This document shows, one piece after another, positions 16,847-25,876 of a DNA stretch of 64,000 nt. A model generated the notes under the pieces. It was not told where the DNA came from. It ran no database searches and saw nothing but the letters and a program-made list of their open reading frames with translations. This stretch comes from Myxococcota bacterium. Its GTDB lineage: Bacteria; Myxococcota_A; UBA796; UBA2385. The stretch spans positions 128,001 through 192,000 of the forward strand of contig JBIJDH010000003.1 of NCBI GenBank assembly GCA_044344255.1, in the 5' to 3' direction. Every line of letters begins with the position of its first letter. The stretch's first letter is position 1. Made by a program: the position numbers and the translations under genes.

Positions 16847-19800
16847 TGTCGCGCGGGGGAGCGCGTCGCTCCGCTCGCCCCCTCGCCCCTTCGTTTTGGC
16901 CCAAGCCTTCCCGCTCGGGGGGTGCCGCGGTGCATAGCCTCTCGCCCTTCGGAGGGCGCGAGCCCGCCCTCTCTGAGCTGCTCGGCCCCAACGCCGAGCT
17001 CGTCGCCCGCTTCCGGCGCTTCGCCGCCGCGCGCCGTCCGGGCCTCGTCCTGGTGGTCGGCCCCGCGGGATCGGGGCGGGGGCTCGTGCTGCGCGCCCTC
17101 GCCCAGGAGATCCTGCCCGAGCGGACGAAGGGTGACACTGATGCCTCATTGGCAGATCTCCAGGCGGTCCGCTCCCGCTTGGAGGGCCTGTCCCGGTGGG
17201 CCGGGGCCAGCCGTTACGCCGCGGCGCTCGGTGATCAGCTCGGCGGAGCGGTCAGCACCGACGGGCAAACCCCGAGCCTCGCTCGCCAGCTCTACGCCTT
17301 CGGCGGGCGAGGTTACGGCGGTGCCGGCCATGGGCGGATCTCCGGGCCGGTGCTCCTGCTCGGGGGTGCCGAGGGCCACCCGATGGGGCGCATGGCGCTC
17401 TACCGCTGGCTGCCGCGAATCGCCGCCGAGGGGATGACCGAGTGGGTCTTCGTGAGCCTCGAGGCCCAGGCCGACGGCCGATCCCCGCTCGAGTCGGCGA
17501 TCGTCGGTCGCCGGTACCCCGAAGACCCCAATTCCCGGGTCCTCGTCTTTCGCGCAGGCCAAGGCTGGGATCGGGCCGCGGTGGAGCGGCTCGCGCACCT
17601 GCACCTCGACACCCCGCACGTCTCCACGGAGCTGCTCGACGAGCTCTGGGCCGCCGTGGGGCCCTGGGGCGACAACCCGCCGGCTGCGGCTCGCATCCTC
17701 CTCGATCATTGGCGCCGAGCCGAGCTGATCGAAAACCGAGCCGGAAGTTGGGAGCTCACCCGTCCAAAGGGCCTGCTCGGCCTGTTGAGCGGCGGGAGAG
17801 GCGAGGTGCCGAACCTCGAGGGCTGCCTCGCGCCGCTGCTCGGAGAGGGTCCGGCCCGCGCGGTGCTGCTGGCCGCCGCGTGGGCGGGCCCCTTCGCCCC
17901 CTGGGATGCGCTGCGGGCCGCCCTCGATCCCTCCGCTGACCCCACCGTCGTCGATCGCCTCCGCGACCGCTTGACCACGGAGCACCGGCCGCGCCTGTGG
18001 CGGATGAGCGAAGGAACGGTGGTCTGGCGTGATCACAAGCTGCGCGACCTCATCTTTCGGGTGAGCCACCTGCCCGGCAGCCCGCTCCGCGCCGAGGCGG
18101 AGGCCGCGGTCGGCCGCGCCCTGAGCTGGCTGGCTCATGAGCCCTGGGGGGAGCGCGCTCGCTGGTCGCAGCCGGAACGATGCTGGTCGGAGGCCCTCGG
18201 TGTACCGCCGATCGCGGTCCCCGTCCCGCCTGCCCTCGACGCCATGGCCGCCGAGCAGAGCTTCTTGAGCTGGCTTCGCTTCGGGCCTCCGCTCGACGAG
18301 CAGGGCCTGTCCACCCTCGTCGAGCGCCTCGACCCTGCGTTGGCCGCTTGGCCGAACCCCGTCCCCCGCGAGGAGCTGTGGCGGACCGTGATGGAGCGCA
18401 GCGGCGCGACCTCGCCCAGCCGGGCCCGGGCCCTGCACATGCTCGGCCAGCTCCTCCGGACGCAGGGACGGCTGGCGGAGGCGGAGGGGCTGCTCCGGCA
18501 TTGCCTCGACACCGTGACCGTCCCCGAGCGGACGCCCGGGGAGCGGGTGAGCACCCAGGCCGCCCTCGGGCTCGTCCTCCTCGCCCTCCGACGGACGACG
18601 GAGGCCGAAGAGCGGCTGCGCCGGGCCGTCAACGAGGCGGAGCGCGGCCAGGTGGCCCCCTTGGAGCTGGCGACGATGCGCCTCGGCCTCGCCCGCACCG
18701 TGCTCCTGCTCGGGCGCCTCGGTGAGGCCGATCCGCTGCTCCGGCGGAGCGTGGAGGAGCTCGTGGCCACGGGGGCGCCCGCCTCGCTCGTGTCCTCGGC
18801 GCGGCATGATCTGGCAAAGGTCCGCTGGATGCAGGGTCGCGCCGCGGAGGCCCTGCGGATCTTGCGGATGTCGATCCGCGATGGGCTCCGCGAGGGGGCG
18901 GGTCGGGATGATCTGGCCCGAATGCGGGCCGATCTCGGTGGCTGGCTGCTCGAGACCGGCGATCTTGCGGAGGCCGAGGTGGTGCTGCGAGAGGCCGCCG
19001 ATCGCGGGGGGCCGAGCGAAGACCCCGGACGAGCGCCGCTCCTCCTCGGTCGTGCCCTGATGCGACAGGGACGCTTCACCGACGCCGAGGTGGCGCTGCG
19101 AAAGTCGATCGGTGAGCGCCGAAAGGTCGGCTCGCCGCAGAGCGAGGTGCTGCAGCCGCGGATGGAGCTCGTCGCCTGCGTCCGGCTCCAGGGCCGCACG
19201 CGAGAGGCCGAGGTGCTGCTGCGGCGCTGGATCGCCAACTCACGTGACTGGGCCGGCCCGGCGGAGGCCAGCCGGATGTACCACCAGCTCGCCCTCACGG
19301 CCGTCGGGCAGGGGCAGGTCGAGGAGGCTGAGGTCCTCTTTCGGACCGCGCTCGAGTATGGGGTCGAGGCCGACGTCGGGCCCGGCACCACCGCCCTCAT
19401 CCGCCACGGCCTCGGCGCCCTGCTTATCGGGCGCGGGCAGATGTCGGAGGCGGCGGCCGAGCTGCGCCGCGCCCTCTTCGATCTCCGCTCCGGCGCGAAG
19501 GGAGACGAGGTGTCGTCGAACCCGACGCTGACCGCCCGAGATCGGGATCGCTTTCAGCAGGCCGATCAGCTGCTGCGGGCCAGCCTCGAGGAGATGGAGG
19601 ACGCGGGTGGCCACTCCTCTCAGCGCGCCCTCACCTGGCAGCTCCTCGCTCAGCTCGCCTTTGAGCGGGGGCATGTCAATGAGGCCGCCGACCTCGCCCG
19701 TCGCGCGGAGATGGACCTGCTGGGCTATCTTGAGCAGCTCCGGGAGGCCGATCCCTTCGACGCCCGGCTGCGGGGCTGCCTCGCTGCCCTACGCGACAAC

Positions 19801-19908
19801 GCGAACATGCGCGGCGAAGAGGAGGAGGCGGAGTATTGGGCGACCGAGCTCCAGGCCCTCGCTGGGATGGAGTCGGGCATCGCCTCGGTGGCCGTCCCGC
19901 AGCTCTGA
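16846..19908 (+). CDS. Large TPR protein with N-terminal degenerate P-loop (STAND-like architecture)
   Basis: LVLVVGPAGSGRG Walker-A-like loop and many C-terminal TPR-like repeats (e.g. LHMLGQLLRTQGRLAEAEGLL). TGATG overlap with the upstream gene. Confidence 0.75.
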   Translation: MSRGGARRSARPLAPSFWPKPSRSGGAAVHSLSPFGGREPALSELLGPNAELVARFRRFAAARRPGLVLVVGPAGSGRGLVLRALAQEILPERTKGDTDASLADLQAVRSRLEGLSRWAGASRYAAALGDQLGGAVSTDGQTPSLARQLYAFGGRGYGGAGHGRISGPVLLLGGAEGHPMGRMALYRWLPRIAAEGMTEWVFVSLEAQADGRSPLESAIVGRRYPEDPNSRVLVFRAGQGWDRAAVERLAHLHLDTPHVSTELLDELWAAVGPWGDNPPAAARILLDHWRRAELIENRAGSWELTRPKGLLGLLSGGRGEVPNLEGCLAPLLGEGPARAVLLAAAWAGPFAPWDALRAALDPSADPTVVDRLRDRLTTEHRPRLWRMSEGTVVWRDHKLRDLIFRVSHLPGSPLRAEAEAAVGRALSWLAHEPWGERARWSQPERCWSEALGVPPIAVPVPPALDAMAAEQSFLSWLRFGPPLDEQGLSTLVERLDPALAAWPNPVPREELWRTVMERSGATSPSRARALHMLGQLLRTQGRLAEAEGLLRHCLDTVTVPERTPGERVSTQAALGLVLLALRRTTEAEERLRRAVNEAERGQVAPLELATMRLGLARTVLLLGRLGEADPLLRRSVEELVATGAPASLVSSARHDLAKVRWMQGRAAEALRILRMSIRDGLREGAGRDDLARMRADLGGWLLETGDLAEAEVVLREAADRGGPSEDPGRAPLLLGRALMRQGRFTDAEVALRKSIGERRKVGSPQSEVLQPRMELVACVRLQGRTREAEVLLRRWIANSRDWAGPAEASRMYHQLALTAVGQGQVEEAEVLFRTALEYGVEADVGPGTTALIRHGLGALLIGRGQMSEAAAELRRALFDLRSGAKGDEVSSNPTLTARDRDRFQQADQLLRASLEEMEDAGGHSSQRALTWQLLAQLAFERGHVNEAADLARRAEMDLLGYLEQLREADPFDARLRGCLAALRDNANMRGEEEEAEYWATELQALAGMESGIASVAVPQL

Positions 19909-19915
19909 ATTCGTC

Positions 19916-20638
19916 TCACCCTCGTCCGAGCTGCGCGGCGCGGGGGGCGCCGGGGTCCTCGGGGAGGGCGTCGTGGAGGGGGATGCGGTTGCCGACCTCG
20001 TAGCCGGCCCGGTCAAAGGCGAAGGGGACGGGCATCGAGCCGCCGAAGCGCCGCCCCTGCTGCCGGAGCCACCCCTCGACATCGTCGCCGCGCCGCAGCA
20101 CGAGGGCCGTCCCCTTGGGGTCGAGGCGCTGATCTTCACGCCGCAGCTCGCCGAGCCGGACGGCCACGGCGCTGATCGCCGAGTGGGTGAAGGCGATGAG
20201 GTCTTGGACCCGCCCCTCCTCCGTCGGTAGGCCGCGCGCTTCGCGCTCCCGGTGGCGACGCTCGGTGAAGGCGGCGCGGGCGGCGGTCAGCTCCCGATCG
20301 AGCACGGCGTAGAGGTACTCGGTGATGAGCAGGCTCGATCGGTGTCCGAAGAGGTGCGCCCGCTCGCCGCTCCGAGGCCAGGCCACCGTGCAACAGCCGT
20401 GGCTGGCCACCACCGCGCTCAGGCGGCGGCGCCAGAGGGCGCGGTCGGTCAGCGGGATGCAGCGCTCGAGGATCGGGTCGCGGTCGTGATCACCGCGGCG
20501 CCGGGCCTCGTCGGCCTGCAGGGCGAAGCGGCGGGCGAGGGCCCGGGCCATCCGGGCGGCGGCCTCTCCCTCGGGGGTGCCCGCCTGATCGGTGGCCAGC
20601 GCGAGGAGCTTCTGGATGCGGGCGATGGGATCGATCAT
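19916..20638 (-). CDS. DUF2786 domain protein
   Basis: N-terminus ARIQKLLALA...PEGEAAARMARAL matches DUF2786. C-terminal AGYEVG. Confidence 0.75.
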   Translation of the reverse strand: MIDPIARIQKLLALATDQAGTPEGEAAARMARALARRFALQADEARRRGDHDRDPILERCIPLTDRALWRRRLSAVVASHGCCTVAWPRSGERAHLFGHRSSLLITEYLYAVLDRELTAARAAFTERRHREREARGLPTEEGRVQDLIAFTHSAISAVAVRLGELRREDQRLDPKGTALVLRRGDDVEGWLRQQGRRFGGSMPVPFAFDRAGYEVGNRIPLHDALPEDPGAPRAAQLGRG

Positions 20639-20741
20639 GGGTCACCTGAGCACAGGGTGCCATGCTCCGACCGCCTCGGGGACCCGGGGTTCCGTCGCCC
20701 CTGTCAGGGTTTGATGAGGGCGCGGCGACCGGAGGGGGGCC

Positions 20742-21521
20742 TCAGGTGGAGGCCGGCGAGGCCGCGCCGTCCCGCTTCGACTCGCGCGAGGGGGACTGGA
20801 TGTCGAGGATCGGCCAGTTGTAGGCGTGCGCCAGCTTGACCAGCTTGTCGTCGGGGTTGATGCAGGCGGGGTGCCCGACCACAGAGAGCATCGGCACGTC
20901 GGAGTAGGAGTCCGAGTAGGCGTGGCAGTCGCGGAGGTCGTGGCCGTGGTCGGCGGCGTCTTTGACGAGCAGGCCCGACTTTTCGGGCCCGGCGACCACC
21001 GGGCGGAGCAGGCGACCGGTGGCGTAGAGGTCCTTGAATTCGAGGCGGTTGGCGATGACGTGGTCGGCCCCGAGGTGACGCGCCAGCGGGCGCATCGTCA
21101 CGTCGAGGGAGCCGGTCACCAGCACGACCCGGAGCTTGGCGCGGTGGCACTGGTCGATGAGCTCGCGGGCGCCCGGGAAGATGCGCGGCTTGACCACATT
21201 GTCGAAGACCTCGTCAGCGAGCACCATCACGCGATCTTCGCTCATCCCCTTGAAGTGGGAGAACAGGAGCTCGTTGAAGCGGCGACGGTCTTGCAGCTCC
21301 GCCAGGGCCAGCAGCGGGGCGTTCAACAGGGCGCGGCCGATCGAGCCGAGGCTCTGGAGCGGGGTGCCCTGATTACCGAGGAAGTAGGCGGTCGGCTGGA
21401 GGAGGTTCGTCCCGACTAGGGTGCCGTCGACGTCGAAGTAGGCCGTGGCCCGGAAGGCGGAGGAGGAGCCGAGGCCGGGGAGGGGCTCAGCCGAGGGGAG
21501 ACGGGACTCTGCCGGGGGCAT
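20742..21521 (-). CDS. HAD subfamily IB hydrolase (ElbB-like phosphatase)
   Basis: FDVDGT, VLVTGS, K and AYSDSYSDVPMLSVVGHPACINPD motifs. Confidence 0.9.
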   Translation of the reverse strand: MPPAESRLPSAEPLPGLGSSSAFRATAYFDVDGTLVGTNLLQPTAYFLGNQGTPLQSLGSIGRALLNAPLLALAELQDRRRFNELLFSHFKGMSEDRVMVLADEVFDNVVKPRIFPGARELIDQCHRAKLRVVLVTGSLDVTMRPLARHLGADHVIANRLEFKDLYATGRLLRPVVAGPEKSGLLVKDAADHGHDLRDCHAYSDSYSDVPMLSVVGHPACINPDDKLVKLAHAYNWPILDIQSPSRESKRDGAASPAST

Positions 21522-21556
21522 GGCGCGGCCTTCTTCGTTCGAAGCGGGCTGCGGGC

Positions 21557-23356
21557 CTAACCGACGTCGCCCGCTCCTTCCACCCGACGCGGGTCGAGGT
21601 GCACCGCCCAGAGCCCGAGGCCAGGGGCGATGTCACCTTGGCGCTCCGGCTGGAGCGCGCAAGACACCAGCAGGGCCTGGACGGCGGAGGACTCGGCCAC
21701 CCGCTCGGTCCAGACGACGGAGCCCCCTACCGCGGCGTCTACGGCCCGGTTGGCGATCGAGACCGTGCTCCCGAAGTAGTCGAGGCCGGCGGTGTCGGTG
21801 TGCATCGCCAAGGCGGGCCCGCGGTGCAGGCCGATCCGGAGGCGAGGGGCCCCGACCGCGGCGGTGGCGCGGCTGTGCCGGTCGTGGGCGGCGTGGGCGG
21901 CGAGCGCGGCCCGGAGCGCGTCTTCGGGGTTGTAGAAGGCGGCGAGCATGGAGTCGCCGGTGGTCTTGACGCGGGTGCCCCCTGCGGCGTCCACCGCGGC
22001 GTCGAGGAGGGCGAAGTGGGCGACCACGAAGGAGAGGGCCTGGCGGTCTCCCTGGTCGAGGTAGAAGGCGGTGGAGTCGGTGAGGTCGGTGAAGAGGACC
22101 GTCACCTCTGAGACCTCGAAGCGGGCGGCGGGGGCGAGGGCGGGGACGCCGAAGCGGGCGCGCCAGAGCCCCGAGGTGACGAGCCGCAGCGCGGGGAGGG
22201 GCGCGCCGCCGTGGTCCTGACGGCAGAGCAGCACCCGACAGCGGGCGGGGGAGTCGTTGTGGAGCTGGAGGGTCACCCGCCCCGCGGCCGTCCGTCGGGA
22301 GGTCGGGGTGGGCAGCGGGGTCCAGCGGAGGGGCCCGACCGGCCCGTCTTCGAGCACGATCAGCGCCTGGTCGGCGTGCCCGCCGCTGGCGACGATCTGC
22401 CAGAGCCCGGGGTCGAGGTCGAGCTCGATCTGGTCCTGCCCCCCGGGCGGGAGCAGGCTGAGGGCCGCCACCTCGGGACGCCGGGCGGGGAACCAGGTGG
22501 CGAAGCCGGGCTCCCCGCGGGGGGCGAGCGAGGCGGGGGCGCAGAAGACCGCCTCGACCGTGGCGCGCAGGTCGACCGGGAAGGCGGACTGGCAGCTCCC
22601 GCAGGTGGCGGCCTCGCGGAGGAGGGAGAGGGCCTCGACGGCCTCGCAGGCGAGCGCGCAGCGGGGGCAGCGGGCCTGCCAACGGAGCTCGAGGAGCCCG
22701 GCGCCCACGGCCTCGATGAAGGCGTCCTGCACCACCGCGCGGGGCAGGCCCCAGCGGAGGGCGAGCAGGGCGGGCCGGAGCTCGGACAGGGACCACAGGG
22801 GGGCGGCCTCGAGCAGGCGCCGCAGCCGGTGGACCACCGGGGCAGGAGCGCCGCCGGCCTTCCAGCGCACGAAGGCCGCGGTGACGGCGTGATCGAGCTG
22901 CCGGAGGGCGGCCGGCGCGGGGGTGGTGCCAGGGGTGGGGAGGGTCCGGAGGCAGCGCTGCCAGGCCCGCCCCGTGGCCGCGAGGCCGAGGGAGACGAGG
23001 GGCTCGACGAGGGCCGAGCGAGGCCGAAGCTCGAGCTCGAGCCGAGGGATGACGCCCTCTCCCCGGCGCTCGAGGGTGGCTTCGAAGCGCAGCTCCCGCA
23101 GCAGGGGGCCCTCGATCTGCCGACAGAAGCGCAGGCTCTGGCCGACGACCCAGCGGTGGTCGACCTCCTCGAAGCGGTGGCGGAGCCCGATCGGCCCCAG
23201 CAGCTCCCCCGACAGCACGGGGAAGCCGTCCTCCCCCGCCTCGAGTTCAAAGGTGAGGGGAGGGGAGGCGGCCTGCCGGTTCAGGTGGTCGGGATCGGAG
23301 AGCAGCGTCCACGCGGCGGTGGCCTCGGCGAGGGGGCCCTCCAGGCGCAGGAGCAT
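21557..23356 (-). CDS. DUF5939-type class III adenylate/guanylate cyclase
   Basis: CPRC...CGSC region. Cyclase motifs VLFTDL, VKTTGD, LRIGLHRG and DYFG. Confidence 0.85.
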   Translation of the reverse strand: MLLRLEGPLAEATAAWTLLSDPDHLNRQAASPPLTFELEAGEDGFPVLSGELLGPIGLRHRFEEVDHRWVVGQSLRFCRQIEGPLLRELRFEATLERRGEGVIPRLELELRPRSALVEPLVSLGLAATGRAWQRCLRTLPTPGTTPAPAALRQLDHAVTAAFVRWKAGGAPAPVVHRLRRLLEAAPLWSLSELRPALLALRWGLPRAVVQDAFIEAVGAGLLELRWQARCPRCALACEAVEALSLLREAATCGSCQSAFPVDLRATVEAVFCAPASLAPRGEPGFATWFPARRPEVAALSLLPPGGQDQIELDLDPGLWQIVASGGHADQALIVLEDGPVGPLRWTPLPTPTSRRTAAGRVTLQLHNDSPARCRVLLCRQDHGGAPLPALRLVTSGLWRARFGVPALAPAARFEVSEVTVLFTDLTDSTAFYLDQGDRQALSFVVAHFALLDAAVDAAGGTRVKTTGDSMLAAFYNPEDALRAALAAHAAHDRHSRATAAVGAPRLRIGLHRGPALAMHTDTAGLDYFGSTVSIANRAVDAAVGGSVVWTERVAESSAVQALLVSCALQPERQGDIAPGLGLWAVHLDPRRVEGAGDVG

Positions 23357-23362
23357 GGGCGG

Positions 23363-24535
23363 TCAGCCGCCAGCCTCTTCTTCCTTCGTCGAGATCCCCG
23401 CCTCGTCGATCGCGTCGCCTGCGAGGCGCCGCTCGAAGATCCGCCGGCGGTCGGCCTTGTGGAGGTCATAGAGGTAGCGGGCCGGGGTCAACGCCTCGGC
23501 CTTCTTGCCGATCACGCCCACCATCCGCCAGCTCCCGTCCACCCACTGCACCGCGAAGCTGCGGTCGCGACCCTTGGCCTTGACGCCCACATGGTAGAGC
23601 GAGGCGTCCTGCCCGTCTCGGGAGATGCTGCCGATGTCATCGGCCTTGTTGATGACGTACTCCGCCCAGGGGGTGCCGTCCTGGGCCCGCGGCGAGCCGT
23701 GGAAGGAGGGCCCCACCGAGATGAGCTCGCCCACCGAGCAGGCGCCGACCATCGGCGAATCGACGAGGTTGTAGCAGACGCTCAGCAAGAGGGCGCCCTG
23801 GAAGTCGCCGTCGTAGAGGGCCTGGTCGAACTTCTGCGCGAGGGCCAGCACCTCGTCGCGGCTGGGGGCGCCCGGGGCCTTCTCCGTCGGGCGGGCGCGG
23901 CTGCCCCGCTCCTCGCCGGCGGGCAGCGGGCTCGGGCAGCCGCCCTGGTGGAGGTTGAGGACGGAGGCATCGAAAACAGGGGCCCCCTCCTTGCTCACCG
24001 TGACCTCGATGGTCTTGGTCTTCTCCTCCGGGGCGAGGCACTCAAACCACGGGGACGACTTGGCCATCGAGAAGGTGACGGGGACGAAGTAGGCGTCCTT
24101 CTTCCACTCCCCCTGAGCGACCGTGATCTTCGGATCTTCACCCAGGTAGACGCAGTAGCCCTTCTGGGTCGAGGCGGTGATGAAGCGCTGCGACTGGTAG
24201 GTGGGCGAGATGCGGGCCAGTGAGCCGTTGGGCCGAGTGCCGATGTCGTCGTTGAAAGCGAGGTCCTTCTGCTCGAGGCAGGCCTTGTCGAACCAGGGGG
24301 CCTCGAGCCAGACGGCCTTACCCTTCAGCTCGAGGCCGGTGCGGCCGGGAGGATTGGCGGCGGTGAAGGCCGCCTCGATCGAGGCCTTGGCGGCCGCGTG
24401 CTCGAGCTTGGGCTCGCAGCCCTGGATGAGGAGCCCCGGGAAGAAGAGCAGCGAGAGCGCGCCCGCCGCCCCGGCTCGTTGGGCCGTCCGGCCCGTCTGC
24501 CCCCCGTTGCCGGCCGCCTTCGCTCCACCCTTCAT
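23363..24535 (-). CDS. Hypothetical Cys-rich lipoprotein
   Basis: GGAGG upstream of ATG 24535. Hydrophobic leader ending LIQGC. Several Cys. Confidence 0.7.
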   Translation of the reverse strand: MKGGAKAAGNGGQTGRTAQRAGAAGALSLLFFPGLLIQGCEPKLEHAAAKASIEAAFTAANPPGRTGLELKGKAVWLEAPWFDKACLEQKDLAFNDDIGTRPNGSLARISPTYQSQRFITASTQKGYCVYLGEDPKITVAQGEWKKDAYFVPVTFSMAKSSPWFECLAPEEKTKTIEVTVSKEGAPVFDASVLNLHQGGCPSPLPAGEERGSRARPTEKAPGAPSRDEVLALAQKFDQALYDGDFQGALLLSVCYNLVDSPMVGACSVGELISVGPSFHGSPRAQDGTPWAEYVINKADDIGSISRDGQDASLYHVGVKAKGRDRSFAVQWVDGSWRMVGVIGKKAEALTPARYLYDLHKADRRRIFERRLAGDAIDEAGISTKEEEAGG

Positions 24536-24630
24536 CCTGACCTCCGATTGAAGGGGCGAAAGTACCACGCCGAAGCTCGGCGACCCTGTGAGGAGATCGT
24601 GCGACAGCGCAGGAGTGCGTCGGCGGGCGG

Positions 24631-25323
24631 TCAAGCGCGGAGGATCCAGGCCCAGGCCTCGCGGAGGCGCGCCGCGCCGTCCGTGAGGATGACCTCGCCG
24701 TGCGCAGGGATCACGCCGGTTGGCCCTCGATCGACGAGGCCTCGGAGGGCGGCCTGGAGCGCTCCCTTGTCCGAGACCATCGCGAAGCGGACGGCGCGGC
24801 TCTGCCGGAGGGCCCCGTTGGCGCCGACGAGGCTGAGGAGCAGGCTCGTCTGCCAGTTGGCGGGCTCGCGGATGTGGAAGGCGAGGTCTGTGAGGAAGAG
24901 CAGCCCGGACGGCCCGTGGAGGAAGGCGGTCTCGCTCAAGGCGTCGGCCCCGGCCACGAAGAGGGGCGTGAGCGAGGGGCCGAAGGGCATCGCGCCCACC
25001 TCAACGGGGAGGATGGTGTCGAAGCGCAGCTCCGGCCGCTTCTCGGCGAGGCCCGGGGCCCCCCAGCCTTGGGCGCCGGGCCAGCGCGCACGCGCCGCGG
25101 CGTAGGCCATGTAGTGGAGCTTGTTCGGCGCCACGATGTGGCGAACCTCGCCGAGGGTGTCGATCGCGGCAGCGGTGGCCTCCTCCATCCGCACGGGGGA
25201 GATCAGCGTGAGCCCGCTGTCCTCACCCTTCACCACGAGGCAGCGGCCGGGGAGCACCACCCCGCCGGGCTGGGGGAGGGAGACGTCGACGGACCAGAGG
25301 TCGGGGGCGATGGGGTTGAGCAT
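24631..25323 (-). CDS. DUF4336 family (metallo-beta-lactamase-like) protein
   Basis: LISPV, VRHIVAPNKLH, ETAFLH, LFLTDL and IPAHG motifs. Confidence 0.85.
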   Translation of the reverse strand: MLNPIAPDLWSVDVSLPQPGGVVLPGRCLVVKGEDSGLTLISPVRMEEATAAAIDTLGEVRHIVAPNKLHYMAYAAARARWPGAQGWGAPGLAEKRPELRFDTILPVEVGAMPFGPSLTPLFVAGADALSETAFLHGPSGLLFLTDLAFHIREPANWQTSLLLSLVGANGALRQSRAVRFAMVSDKGALQAALRGLVDRGPTGVIPAHGEVILTDGAARLREAWAWILRA

Positions 25324-25371
25324 GGCTTTCCTCGAAGGGTGGCCATATGATAAGGTGAGCCTGACCAACTC

Positions 25372-25387
25372 GTCAAGCATACCTGAC
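25372..25387. promoter_or_regulatory. Candidate MarR operator (GTCAAGCATACCTGAC) in the divergent promoter
   Basis: Imperfect palindrome GTCA-N8-TGAC in an AT-richer gap between divergent DUF4336 and marR genes. A second CCTGAC half-site lies near 25360. Confidence 0.5.
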
Positions 25388-25405
25388 TAAAAACAGCGGT
25401 CGGCG

Positions 25406-25876
25406 GTGAAGATGGACGTTCAAGACGGAGCGAAGCTGGAGGGCGCCAAGCGGGGCAGCATGGGCCACCGCCTGATGCGCTGCGCCCGGCTGTTCAACGA
25501 GGCCGCGCTGGCGCGGGTGCGGGCCGAGACCGGCCTCCCGATTCGGGCCATCCACACCACGCTCTTCCCGCACGTCGACCTCGGGGGCACCCGGCTGACC
25601 ACCCTCGCCGAGCGGGTCGGCGTGACGAAGCAGGCCGCGGGTGAGCTCGTCGAAGAGCTCGTGGAGATGGGCGTCCTCGAGAGGGTGGCTGACTCCACCG
25701 ACGGCCGGGCCCGCCTCATCCGCTCCCGCGGCGCCCCGGCCGCCCTGGTCGCCGGGATCTCTACCCTGGTCGCGCTCGAGGCTGATTTCGAGGCGGAGGT
25801 CGGGGAGGCTGACGCCCAAGGGCTCCGCGCAGGGCTCCTCTCCCTCGAGGCCTTCCTCAGCCGGGATCGCGCTTGA
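25406..25876 (+). CDS. MarR family transcriptional regulator
   Basis: LAERVGVTKQAAGELVEELVEMG...DGRARLI winged HTH. Confidence 0.92.
   Translation: MKMDVQDGAKLEGAKRGSMGHRLMRCARLFNEAALARVRAETGLPIRAIHTTLFPHVDLGGTRLTTLAERVGVTKQAAGELVEELVEMGVLERVADSTDGRARLIRSRGAPAALVAGISTLVALEADFEAEVGEADAQGLRAGLLSLEAFLSRDRA

Noticed and set aside
19916..20638. DUF2786 as a prophage or mobile element marker
   Set aside because: No integrase, transposase, phage structural genes or compositional shift nearby.
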